Assembly: GCA_963818215.1 (NCBI GenBank)
Contig: CAWFRL010000001.1
Coordinates: 163,151 to 227,150 of the forward strand
Source: Vicinamibacteria bacterium
GTDB taxonomy: Bacteria > Acidobacteriota > Vicinamibacteria > Vicinamibacterales > JAENWD01
Direction of reading: 5' to 3'
Length of the DNA stretch: 64,000 bases
The notes under the pieces were generated by a model. It was not told the origin of the DNA. It searched no databases and saw only the letters and a list, made by a program, of their open reading frames with translations. Within the stretch, counting starts at the first letter, position 1. Every line of letters begins with the position of its first letter. This document shows positions 23,332 through 34,275 of this stretch, one piece after another. The translations under genes were made by a program, and so were the position numbers.

Positions 23332-25580
23332 TCAGTGTGCGAAGAGGAACTCGGTCGACGTGAGCACGGCCCACGCGAGGTCCTCGAGACTTCGACGACG
23401 GGCGGCAGGGTCGGCGCTGATCTTCGGCGAGACGCGCGAGAATCCCGGTGCGCTCTCGAGCGCTCGGCGGGCGGCCGAGCGCCGACCAGTAGAGCTCGCT
23501 CAGGACGTCGTCGTTCGAGCGCCCATCGGCCACCCACCTGGCAATCACGCCGGAGTCGGCCATCAGCTTGCTGTTCAGCGTCTCGCCGTTGATGGTGTGC
23601 AGCGCCTGCGGCAGCGTCGGGTCCTGCATGCGCTCGGCCGAGGACGTCAGCACGCGCTCGGGACGCCCGAAGACGCTGAGGAAGTACGAGTCGACGCGCG
23701 TGTCGCGCAGCTGCATGGCCCGGGTCCCGCGCGGGTACCCGCCGAAGTCTTCGGGCACGCCGGTGACCTGCGAAAACGCGTCGAGGATGACTTCGGCCGG
23801 CAGCCGTCGCGTGAGATAGCGCGAGTAGAACCGGTCGTCCTTCTCGTTGCCGGGCGTGGTCTCGGCCGACCTCTGATAGGCAGCCGACATCATGATGGTG
23901 CGCATCAGCGCCCGCAGATCGTAGCCGCCGGCGACGAAGTCCGCGCTCAGCGCGTCGAGCAGCGGCTCGTTGCTGGCCGGGTTCGAGTAGCGCAGGTCGT
24001 CGAACGGGTGCACCAGGCCGCGGCCGAAATAGTTGGCCCAGACGCGATTGACGACGGTGCGGGCGAACTGAGTGTTGGCCGGCGAGGTCAGCCAGGCCGC
24101 GACGTAGGCGCGGCGATCCTCCTGCGAGTGGCTGGCCATGGGCACGCCGTCGAGCGGGCGCGGCGGCATCGCCACTCCCAGTCGCGGATGCAGGATGTCG
24201 CCCTCGGCGGTAGAGACGATGGTCGCCGTGTCGCCCTTGGCGCTGGCGCCGCCGTCTTCTTTCATGGCGACCCGCGCGAAGAGGTTCGCAAACCCGTAGT
24301 AGTCGGTCTGCGTCCACTTCTCCATCGGGTGGTTGTGGCAGCGCGCGCACGTGAGCGTGATGCCGAGAAACGCCTGCGTGTAGTTCTCGGCGATCTCGAT
24401 CGGGTTGCGGTGGATCAGGAAGTAGCTGGCGGCGCCGTTCTCGTCGGTGCGTCCCGCTGGCCGTGGTCAGCTCGTAGACGAAGCGGTTCCAGGGCGTGTT
24501 GGCCGCGACGTTGTCGCGGATCCAGCCGTAGAACGCGCGGACGTTGTTGCGGCTGAGCGACCGGCTCGACACCAGCAGCAAGTCCGACCACTTGTAAGTC
24601 CAGTAGTCCACGAACTCCGGACGCTGCAGCAGGCCGTCCACCAGACGCGCGCGCTTGTCGGCTGCGGTGTCGGACACGAAGGCCTCGACCTCGCCCCGCG
24701 TCGGCAGGATGCCGGCCGCATCCAGGAACGCGCGCCGAATGAACACCGCGTCGCCGGCCAGCCCCGAGGGCGGAATCTGCATCTGGCGGAGCTTGTCGAT
24801 CACCAGGTCGTCGATGCGGTTGTGCCGCGCGGCGGCGGCAAACACCGCCTCGGGCACCGGCGTCGGAAACGGCGAGCGCACACGCGTCATCGCGACGCCG
24901 GTCAGAAAGCTGACGCTGATGGCGGTCTCGCCGGGGCCCTTGATGGTCACCTGGCCGCGCTCGTCCACCTGCGCGACCGTCTCGTCGGCCGACGCAAACC
25001 GCGACCACACCGTGACGTCCTCGGTGGCGCCGTTGGAGAAGGTCGCGCGCACGGCGATCGGCGTGACGCTGCCGGGCGAGAGCGTCGCATCGCCGGGGGT
25101 GACGTCGAGCGAGACAAAGCGAGCGTCGGCGTCCGACGGCGCGGGCATTCCCGACGCCACCCAGCGCGCCAGCACTTCGTAGGCGGGCGAGCCAGGCTCG
25201 AACTTCTTGCCGCCCATGTGGGGCACGACTTCGGTGGGCTTGAGCAGAAGGAGGCTCTTGGCCGGCTCGAGCTTGTTGACGCGGCGGCCGCCGGCCTGCC
25301 GCGTGATGGCGTCGTAGTCGGCGGCCGGGTCGTAGCCGCGCAGCGTGAGGCTGAACCCGTTCTTGCCCGCCGCCGCGCCATGGCAGGCGCCCGAGTTGCA
25401 CCCCATCTTGGTGAGGACGGGGACGACGTGGTTGCGGAACGACACCGGCGCGGCGGTGCTCGGCGCAGGTTCGGGGCCGCCGCGCCGCGAGCACGGCCAC
25501 AAGCGACACCACGCCAGCGACCGCAAGGCCCGAGACACTGCACCGACAACGCCATCGTGCCGTCGTGTCATTCGTGCCAT
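23332..25580 (-). CDS. PSCyt2 / DUF1549 / Big_2 / DUF1553 protein, at least 3 frame breaks; exact start uncertain
   Basis: FRNHVVPVLTKMGCNSGACHGAAAGKNGF, IDDLVIDKLRQMQIPPSGL, RRAFLDAAGILPT, WSDLL, PMEKWTQTDYYGFANLFARV, NRVWANYFGRGLV. C-terminus RRRSLEDLAWAVLTSTEFLFAH from my own translation, stop 23332-23334. Confidence 0.8.
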
Positions 25581-25587
25581 CGTGATT
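25551..25587. repeat. 8-nt tandem array, GCC(A/G)TCGT family, ending TCGTGATT
   Basis: gccatcgtgccgtcgtgtcattcgtgccatcgtgattg, in the DUF1501 / DUF1553 junction. Confidence 0.8.
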
Positions 25588-25608
25588 GTCCGATGGCCGC
25601 GTCGCACG

Positions 25609-26990
25609 CTAGAACAACTCCGCGATCGGCTCGACCCCATGGTCGACCACGCGGATGGGTCGGCTCTGCGGTCCCGGCAGGTCCTTCTCGAGATCGACTC
25701 CCAGCCCGTGCAGGATCGTCGCCGCGACGGCCGCGGCCGGCACCGGCCGGTCCTTCGGGTAGGCGCCCATCTCGTCGGAGGCGCCAATCACCTGCCCGCC
25801 CTTGATGCCGCCGCCGGCCATCGACACCGTCCAGCACTGCGGCCAGTGATCGCGGCCGCCGGCGGGATTGATCTTCGGCGTGCGGCCGAACTCGCCCATC
25901 GCCACGACCATCGTGTTGTCGAGCAGGCCGCGGCTGGTGAGGTCCTCGAGCAGCGACGCGTAGGCGTTGTCGAACATCGGCCCGAGCAGGTCGCGGTACG
26001 CCTCGATGGGGCTGAACGGCGCCGATCCGTGGATGTCCCACGTGATCTCGTTGAACACCGTCTCGAACATGTTCACCGTCACGAACCGCACGCCGGATTC
26101 CACCAGGCGCCGGGCCAGCAGACAGCTCATGCCGAAGCGGTTGCGTCCGTAGCGATCCTTGACGCTGTCGGGCTCCTGCGACAGGTCGAAGGCCGCGCGC
26201 GCCTTCGACGACGAGATCATCGTGTAGGCCTGGTCGAACGACGCGTTGAGCAGCCGCGCGTCGGGGTTGGCCTCGAAGTCCCTCACCGACGCCGTCGACC
26301 AGGTCGCGCAGGTTGCGCCGCTGGTCGGCGCGAATCGCCGTGAGGTAGTCCGGCGGCAGCAGGTCGGGCACCTGGAACGCCGGGTCGGCCGGGTCGGCGC
26401 CGAGCACGAACGGGTCGTGGAGCTTGCCCAGGAACCCCGCCGTCTGCCCGTGCGGCATGTTGCCGCCGGTGTTGCCGATGGGTCGCGGCAGCAGGACGTG
26501 CGGCGGGATGTCGCCCTTGGGCCCTTTGAGGTAGCCCAGGATCGACCCGACGTGCGGCGACTCGGTGCCGGCCTGGAACAGCCGTCCGGTCTGCATCACC
26601 TGGTGTCCCGCGTCGTGCACGGCGACGCCGGCGTAGTGCACCGACCGGATCAGCGCGAACTTGTCGGCGTGCTGCGCCATCCGCGGGAAGATCTCGCTGA
26701 TCTGGATGCCCGGCGACGTTGGTCTTGATGGCCTTGTACGGCCCGCGGATCTCGGAAGGCGCATCCGGCTTCATGTCCCACGTGTCGAGCTGGCTGGGCG
26801 CGCCGACCAGGAACAGGCAGATGCAGTTGACGTCGTTGGCCGGATTGACTGCGCCAGCCGCCTTGAGCGCGAAAAGATCGCTCAGGCTCAGGCCCAGGCC
26901 GGCCATCCCCAGGGCGCCGGCATGCAGGAAATCACGGCGCGACAGCCCGTCGCAGAAGTGAACCGGCTTGTGCGCGTCCAGCTTGATCAA
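25609..26990 (-). CDS. DUF1501 (sulfatase-like fold) protein with twin-arginine signal, frame broken near 26700 and 26290
   Basis: LSRRDFLHAGALGMAGLG (Tat-like), CLFLVGAPSQLDTWDMKPDAP, FALIRSVHY, NTMVVAMGEFGRTPKINPAGGRDHWP, across ORFs 26283.., 25568.. and 25609... Confidence 0.8.
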
Positions 26991-27035
26991 TGGCGGTTCT
27001 CCATCGGGATCGAGCCCATCATACCGCTCGGCAGC

Positions 27036-28595
27036 TCACCCTTTGCAGGTGAAATTCGCGGCGTCGTCGGTGCTTCCGGTGCCGTTGTAGACCGCCCGCT
27101 GGGGGTGCGGGCACAGCGGACGCGTCCGTGTCGGCGTGCCGTCGGCGCCGCGCTTGGTGGCGATGAGGCGGTCGGGCGCGGCGCCCTTCTCGGTCCACGC
27201 CGCAATGGCGTCAATCCACTCCACCGAGTCGGGCCCCGAGCCCCCGACGCAGTGGAGCACCCCGGGCATCAGGAAGAGGCGCGCGTAGTCGGGCGCCTGC
27301 GGGTCGGCCGCCTTGAGCCGCTCGTAGTAGTTGATCGTGCTCTGGGCATTGAGGGCCGGGTCGGCCCAGCCGTGCCAGAGCAGCAGCTTGCCCTTGCGCT
27401 GCTTGAACGCCGCCAGGTCCACGCTGTCGGCGTTGAGGACGTGGCCGCGACCCGTGTGTCGGCCGCCCAGGTCGTCGACGTCAAACCGCCTGTAGTCCCA
27501 CGACGCGTCGCCGAAGACGAAGTACTTGAAGAACTCCGTGCCGAAGCCGTGGCGCAGGCTCGGCACCCGCCCGCCGGTGCCCGCCGAGCAATCGCGGGTC
27601 CACCCCCGTGATCCACGCCTGCCAGCCGCCCGGGTCGGCTTCGCCGCCCACCGGCTGGCCCGGGTAGATCTCTCCCGACGGCCCGACAATCGGCGCGTAG
27701 ATGCGCGAAAGCGCCGCGCGGCTCGTCGCCGTGAGGCAGTCGGCCGCCGCGACGTCGTTCGGACAGGCCTTCACGCGATCGAGCGAGAACCGACAGGACG
27801 TCGGCTGGTCGATCACCGCGTCCTTGACGCCGTCGGCGGCGTCGCAGCTGTTCGATCGCCGCTGCGGCGACCAGCGCGAGGTCGCTCGGAGAGACGGTAG
27901 ACGTCTTGAGGTTGGCCGGATCGGGAAACGTCGCCTTCGCGTGCGTGACAAACGACGCCGCGATCCGCGTGAAGTCGTAGGCCGGCGCGCCGGAGACGAT
28001 GCCGTCGAAGTCGGCGGGATACCGCTGCGCCTCCATCAGCGCCTGGCGCCCGCCGTTGGAGCAGCCCAGGAAGTAGGCGTAGGCGCTGTCGCTGCCGTAG
28101 TACGCGCGCACGATCGCCTTGGCGACCTCCGCGGTCCGGTGCACGCCCAGGTACCCGTAGTTGACCTGCCGCTCGGGGTTGTCGAGCGCCCAGCCGGCCT
28201 GCAGTCCGTCGGCCTGGTGGCCGGTGTCGGTGCCTGCCGTGGCATAGCCGCGATTGACGACGTCCACGACCTGGTTCTGGACGCTGCCCACGAAGCCGCC
28301 GCCGCCGCCCATCGCGAAGCGACGGTTCCAGGTGTCGGGCAACAACACCTCGAAGCGGATCTCCGTGCCGATGACGCCGGTGACCTTGCAGTGCGGGACC
28401 TTGACACGTCCTTTGTCGGCTGCTGCGGGCGCCTTCGCTTCGGCACTGGGATCGCGACGTCCGGCAACCGCAGCGCGCCCAGCGCCGCGCACTCGGTGGC
28501 CGCGTTCTTCGTCACCGGCGCGTCATCGGCAAACACCGGCATCGGAACCGAACATCGCGAGCATCGCCACCGCGAGCTGAAATGGTCGTTCGCAT
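27036..28595 (-). CDS. tannase / feruloyl esterase-family alpha/beta hydrolase, at least 3 frame breaks
   Basis: ATG 28595 preceded by GGAGGA. RFAMGGGGGFVGS, nucleophile motif FLGCSNGGRQALMEAQRYP, LLLWHGWADPAL, FLMPGVLHCVGG, C-terminal PLCPHPQRAVYNGTGS. Confidence 0.75.
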
Positions 28596-28618
28596 GTCCG
28601 TTCCTCCGACCCTGCAGA

Positions 28619-28656
28619 CCTTCGTGCCATCGTGCCGTCGTAGCCTCGTGATTGCG
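28619..28656. repeat. 8-nt tandem array, CCTTCGTG / GCCGTCGT family, ending TCGTGATT
   Basis: ccttcgtgccatcgtgccgtcgtagcctcgtgattgcg, between the DUF5916 stop and the esterase start. Confidence 0.8.
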
Positions 28657-28680
28657 TCAGCGTGCCGGCGTCAGCGTCCG

Positions 28681-31310
28681 ATCCAGTAGCTGACCTTCAC
28701 CAGAAACACATCATCCGGGCTCGGCGCCCCAGAGGTCCGAGACGTCGCGCCCGAACCGGAAATCGCCCGGATTCGACCGGTCGTTGCCAAACCGCGTCCA
28801 GACGAGAAAGAGCGTGGACCCGGGCCGGAACTCCCATCGGCCGACCGCGTTCACGCGCAGCGACTTGATGTTGAAGTCCGGCTGCGAGATCCGGAAGCTC
28901 CGCGCGGGCCCGGCCGCATCCGGATCGATCTCGAGCAACGAGGTGCCCGGCACGGGCGCGATGGTCCCCAGGTCGCGGCCGTACTCGCCGAAGTCGTACG
29001 TGCGCGGACGCGCGAACTCCGTGATGGCCCCATAGTCGCCGACCGACACCAGCGGCTGCATGTAGACCTGCAGGCCCAGCCGCGGCGACAGCGTGACGTT
29101 CACGCGCGTCGGCATCGACACTTCGGTCTGCGCCAGGTCGCCGAACACGTAGCGCGAGCCGTACGTCTCGGTCTGCAGCGGATCGACGACCGTGGCCAGG
29201 TATTGCGCCTGCGACTGCGACCGCAGCACCTGCGGTCCCATCGAGACCGACACGGCATCGGACGGCTGGTACGTGATGCGCGCTGCTGAAGGTGTGCGAC
29301 CAGCCGTTGAAGTTGCGCTCCGACAGCGCCCCGGTCATCGTCAGGAAGAACCGCTTCCGGGTGTCGCTGACGACCGACGTGTTGACCGACTTGATGCCCG
29401 GGCGAATCGTCGTCGGTCCCCCGCGCGTGAGCCGGTCGTCCCACGTGTCCTTCGACCAGCCGAGCGTCAGGTTGTAGCGCCAGTAGTTCAGAAACTGCAG
29501 GTTGGTCACGGCCTGCACGCCGTCTCCCTGCGAATCGCCGCCCCAGTTCCACGTCCACCACTTCGCGACCACGAGCTGCCGCGTGCGCGTGAACCGGTCG
29601 GGCGTCAGCTTGCGAAACAACACCTGGCCGTGGCCGCCGCCACGGTCGGCCTGCGTCATGAACCCCGCGTCGTTGGACTCGAAGCCGGGGCTCATGCCCC
29701 ACATCGCCGGCGTTCACCGTGACGTTGCCGCGGTTGCGATTCAGGTTGAGGTTCCCGGTCCAGCCCGACAGCGACGTACGCGTCGGATCGAATCCCAGGT
29801 GCGTGGCGTCGGGCCGCTGCAGGTACCGCTGCGAGGCCACCTGCACTCGCGCGATGGCGGCCTCGGAGCCGTGCAGCGAACTGCCGGCCACGCCTCCGGA
29901 CAAGCACCCAGTCGTGCCTGCCGTCGAGGAAGACGTGCCCGTCAACGCCGCCGACATACGCCTGCCCGACGAGCCGGTTCTCCAGTTCCGGCGAGCCGTC
30001 GGCGCGATGGACCATCGTGGTCAGCAGGCCCAGCGACGCGCGCGAACCCAGCCGCATGCTGGGCACGGCCCACGAAGTAGTTGGTGAGCGGCTCGGCCTG
30101 CACGTCATCGCGTACGGTCAACCCGTCCGAGACCCGCGAGTACTCGGGCCCGGTGACCGCGTCGAGAACGCCGAGCGTCCAGCCTCGCCTGCGTCTTGCC
30201 GGTCAGCTTGGCGGCGCCGAGGATCGTGGTCGTCGTCGGGCGTGTCGACGTGGCGCCCGACGGCGGGCGCCTGCGGCGACGCGGCCGATGCGGCGCGAGT
30301 AGAACAGCTGCGGCTCGAAGAAGAAGTAGCTCCAGGTACTCGCTCGCGCCGCTCTTGCCGAACCGCGACAGGATCTGGCTGCCCTCGGTGAAGAACGGGC
30401 CGCTTCTCTTCGAAGAACGTCTCCGACGCCGATGAGGTTGACGACGGCCGGGTCGACTTCGACCTGCCCGAAGTCGGGGTTCACCGTGGCGTCGAGCGTC
30501 AGGTTGCTGGCGACCCCATACTTCACGTCCAGGCCGGTCCCGGCAAACGCGCGGCTGCCGTCGTTGAAGGGATTGCCGGAATTGACCGGCGCGACGTACT
30601 CGCTGCGCGCGGTCACGTAGGGCAGCAACTCCAGATGGCGCGCCTGCGGGATGCCCGCGAGACCCTCCAGGTGGGGCATCCGCGAGGCCAGGCCGCTCTC
30701 GTTGCTCGGCGTGATCGACACCCACGACTCTTCGCCGCTGCGATGGACGATGCGCTGGGCGTTCACGCCCCACGTGAGCACCTCGGCTTGCGGAAAGCGC
30801 ATCTGCGAGAACGGAATCCGCATCTCGACGACCCACCCGCCGTCGTCGCGGCCCACCGCCGACTCCCACACGGCGTCCCACGTGTCGTCCTGATAGACGT
30901 CGTTGTAGATGACGGCGTCTTTCTGCACGCCGGCCGCGGTCACGCGGAACTCGACGCCGGTCAGATGGTCGTGATGGGGGTCGAAGAAGATCGAGAACCT
31001 GTCGGCATCAGCGACGACATCGCGCCGTGTGAGCCGCCGGACGATGCGCGCCGGCTCGCTGTCGTGCAGCCGCGCGCCGACGTAGATCGCGTCGTCGTCA
31101 TACGCGAGCCGCAGTTCGGTCTGCTGGCGCGCAGGCTGTCCCTCGTCTGGCAGCCGCTGGATGAAGCCGGTGACCACAGTCGCCTGCTGCCAGGCGACGT
31201 CGTCGAGCCGGCCGTCGATGCGGACGGGCGTCGGCGTGCGGCTTGCGTGGACGGGAGGGCGATCCTGGGCGGAGAGTCATGGACGCCCACAGCAAACAGC
31301 ACACAATCAC
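28681..31310 (-). CDS. CBM9-like / DUF5916-type secreted or outer-membrane protein, at least 6 frame breaks
   Basis: GTG 31310 signal-like (M)IVCCLLWASMTL. PVRIDGRLDDVAWQQATVVTGFIQRLPDEGQPA, LRLAYDDDAIYVGARL, GWVVEMRIPFSQMRF. C-terminus DDVFLVKVSYWIGR from my own translation, stop 28681-28683. Confidence 0.65.
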
Positions 31311-31343
31311 GACGGCACGACGGCACGACGGCACGACGAGCAC
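31308..31343. repeat. 8-nt tandem array CACGACGG x4 (opposite orientation to the other members of this family)
   Basis: cacgacggcacgacggcacgacggcacgacgagcac, directly upstream of the DUF5916 start. Confidence 0.85.
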
Positions 31344-31457
31344 AGGATATCGAGGCTGAGCGATGACACGAGCGGCACGAACTGAATTCTGGATCAGGTT
31401 GTGCGCGAACCAGAACTGACGACACGCGGACTCGGTACCTGAACGAGCCAGTTGGTC

Positions 31458-31499
31458 TCGTCCTCGTGCCTTCGTGCCTTCGTGACCTTCGTGATTGCG
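31458..31499. repeat. 8-nt tandem array, CCTTCGTG family, ending TCGTGATT; inverted partner of 31308-31343
   Basis: tcgtcctcgtgccttcgtgccttcgtgaccttcgtgattgcg, downstream of the SDR stop. Confidence 0.85.
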
Positions 31500-31524
31500 A
31501 GAGCGTCGCGGTCGTGGCGTCCGG

Positions 31525-32337
31525 TCACGCTTCCACGCCGCTACTCGCCAGCCATCCCCCATCGACGACGATCGTCTGCCCCGTGATGTAGGCGCCGGCG
31601 TCGGAGGCCAGCAGCACCGCCGCGCCGGCCAGGTCGGCCGGCACGCCGGGCCGGCCCATCGGGATCACGCGCACGGCGGCGTCGTACAGCCGGTCGTCGG
31701 AGAACACGGCATCGGTCATCGTCGTCCAGAATCGGCCGGGCGCGATGGCGTTCACCGTGACGTTGTCCTTGGCCCATTCAAGCGACAGCGACTTGGTCAT
31801 CTGGCGCAGCGCGCCCTTGCTCATCGCGTAGACCCCGACGTTGGGCACGGCGACTTCCTGGGCGATGGAGCCGATCGAGATGATGCGGCCGCGCCCCTGG
31901 TGCCGCAGGACCTGCCCGGCCGACTGCGACAGGAAGAAGGCCGCCTCGAGGTTGATGCGGAGCACGCCGGCGAAGTCCTCGCGCGTGAACGAGGCGGCCG
32001 GCTTGCGCACGTTGATGCCGGCGCCGTTGACGAGGATGTCGAGCCGGCCCAGTTGATCGAGCGCCGCCGCGACCAGCCGCTCGGGGGCCTCGCGTGCGCC
32101 GATGTCGACGGCCACGGTCACCACTCGCCCGCCGAGCGCGCGCAAGGCGCCGGCCGCGCGATCGAGTTCGTCGGCGCCGCGCGCCGCCAGCACCAGGTCG
32201 GCGCCCTGCACGGCCAGCGCGCGGGCGATGCCCAGGCCGAGGCCACGGCTGCCGCCGGTGACAATCGCCACCTGCCCGTCAAGACGGAACGAGGGCATCT
32301 CGAACGAAGAATCAGAAGGTTTCGATCGGGCATTCAT
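31525..32337 (-). CDS. SDR-family oxidoreductase (gluconate 5-dehydrogenase-like)
   Basis: GQVAIVTGGSRGLGLGIA, LVNGAGI, YAMSKGAL, ITGQTIVVDGGW. Intact frame. Start at 32337 or 32298. Confidence 0.85.
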   Translation of the reverse strand: MNARSKPSDSSFEMPSFRLDGQVAIVTGGSRGLGLGIARALAVQGADLVLAARGADELDRAAGALRALGGRVVTVAVDIGAREAPERLVAAALDQLGRLDILVNGAGINVRKPAASFTREDFAGVLRINLEAAFFLSQSAGQVLRHQGRGRIISIGSIAQEVAVPNVGVYAMSKGALRQMTKSLSLEWAKDNVTVNAIAPGRFWTTMTDAVFSDDRLYDAAVRVIPMGRPGVPADLAGAAVLLASDAGAYITGQTIVVDGGWLASSGVEA

Positions 32338-32403
32338 TGCGATGCGATGCTGCAATCTGACGAATGCTGCACGATGCTGCAACGTAGGCGAACTCAGTTC
32401 GCC

Positions 32404-33686
32404 TCAGGCCAGCACACCGGCCAGCAGGTCGGTGGCCGGGTCGAAGTTGCCGGCGTCATCGAATCGCCAGTCGGTGGGCGGCACCAGCACGGTCAGATCG
32501 CTGCGGTCGGCAATCTCCTCGGCATACGCCTCGGACACGACGACGCGATCGAGGGCAAGCGTGTGCCTGATGCGCACGATGCGCGGCGCGGCCGGGTCGG
32601 CGGCGGAGACGCGGAGCGCGGCCCGCAGGCACTCGCGATCGGTCGGAAAGTGAATCGACACACGCGCCGTGCCCGGCGTCATCGCCGACACGGCGTTGGT
32701 GTAGGTCTTGTGCCTGTCCATCGCCTCGACCAGCCGGTCCGAGACGATGTCGGCCATGCCGATGCCGATGGCGTTGCCGTGCGAGGCCGGCGTCAGCCCG
32801 CGCACGTAGATCGCGCTGACCGCCGATCGGCGGTTGGGCATGGGCTGCAGGTCCACGCCGCGGCCGACGATGTTGGTGTCCATGCCCGTGCCGCTGATGT
32901 CCTTGCCAATCTCGTCGACGACGAGCACGTCGACTTCGGGGAACGGCAGCACCGGCATCCAGCGCACGCGCCTTGGCCAGCAGCGCGGGTTCCCGATCGA
33001 AGAACTCGGCGCCGCGCATCGGCTCGATGAGCGCGATGCGATGCGACCCGTCTTCGACCAGACCGACTCCGTACACCCGCGGCAGGTGGCCGAGCACGAC
33101 GCGCGAGACCGCGCGCAGCACCCGTTCGTGCCCGCGGGTGGCGGCCGCCCAGTGGCAGCGAAACGCGCCTTCGGCCTTGCCCAGGCCGATGGCCGACATC
33201 TTGACCAGGCCGCTGCCCGTGACCGCGCTGCCGAAGTCGGTGTGCGGCTTGATGCGGTTGAGCAGCACGACGGCGTCGGCGTTGAGCGCGCGCGCCGACA
33301 CGACGACACGGACGCCCTCGACCTGCTGGCCGACCTCGACGACGTCCATCGACGCGTCGATGGGCGCGTCAACGGCGTGTTCGGTGACGCCGTAGCTGGC
33401 CAGCAGCTCGCGCTGCCCCTCCGGGGTGCCGCCGCCATGGCTGCCCATCGCCGGCATGACGATGGGCTCGGCCCCCTGCTGCCGCAGCCAGCTCACCGTC
33501 GTGCGAGCCATTTCGGCCACGCGGTCGATGCCGCGCGAGCCGACGCCGACCACCACGCGGCGGCCGGCCCAGTCCTCGCGACCGCCACGCCGCGTCGAGC
33601 CGCTGACGCAGCGTGCCGGCCGGGTCGGAGAGCGCGTGGTGCTCGACCCGGGGTTCGATCAGGATTTGGCGCGGCAGCGAAGGCAT
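32404..33686 (-). CDS. LarA-like / DUF2088-type (nickel-pincer isomerase-like) protein, frame broken near 33560 and 32960
   Basis: VVGVGSRGIDRVAEMARTTVSWLRQQGAEPIVMPAMGSHGGGTPEGQRELLASYGVTE, NRIKPHTDF, SGLVKMSAIGLGK, DVLVVDEIGKDISGTGMDTN. Family name recalled, not searched. Confidence 0.5.
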
Positions 33687-33690
33687 TGCA

Positions 33691-34222
33691 CTACTCCACT
33701 TCGACGACCATTTCGATCTCGACCGCCATGTCGCCGGGCAGCGAAGCCATGCCGACGGCCGAGCGTGCGTGCCGGCCGCGATCGCCGAAGACGGCGACCA
33801 TGAGATCGGAGAACCCGTTCATCACTTTGGGCTGATCGGCAAACGCGGGACTCGCATTCACCATGCCCAGCACTTTCACGATGCGCTTGACGCGCGAGAG
33901 GCTGCCGAGCTCCGCCTTGAGCGTCGCCAGCAGACAAATCCCCGTTGCACGGGCAGCCGCCGCGCCCTGCTCGATGGTGAGGTCCGTGCCGACCTTGCCC
34001 TTCTGGCCGGGTTGCAGCTGGCCGCAGGGTCCGTGGCCGGATGTGAACACCAGGTTGCCGGTGCGCACCGACTTGACGTAGTTGGCGATCGGCTTGTCGA
34101 CCGCCGGCAGCGTGATCCCGAGGGCGGCCAGCCTGGCCTCCGGCGTCTGTTCCTGCGCCTGCGCCGCACCGTGTTGCGCAAGCGATCAGGGCCGTCGTGA
34201 GCGCCAATCGTAAGCAATACAT
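33691..34222 (-). CDS. RidA/YjgF-family protein with an N-terminal signal-like extension, frame broken twice near 34080-34160
   Basis: Core ORF 33691..34068 (NLVFTSGHGP, VKVLGMVNA, ARSAVGMASLPGDMAVEIEMVVEV). Upstream pieces TPEARLAALGITLPAVDKPIANYVKSV and MYCLRLALTTALIACAT, starting at ATG 34222. Confidence 0.7.
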
Positions 34223-34275
34223 CAACCTGTCCAACCTGCTCAACCCAATCAACCCGATTAGCCAAATCAACCCGC
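34223..34275. repeat. tandem array, (A/C)TCAACC(T/C/A) family
   Basis: caacctgtccaacctgctcaacccaatcaacccgattagccaaatcaacccgc, between the aquaporin stop and the RidA start. Confidence 0.8.
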
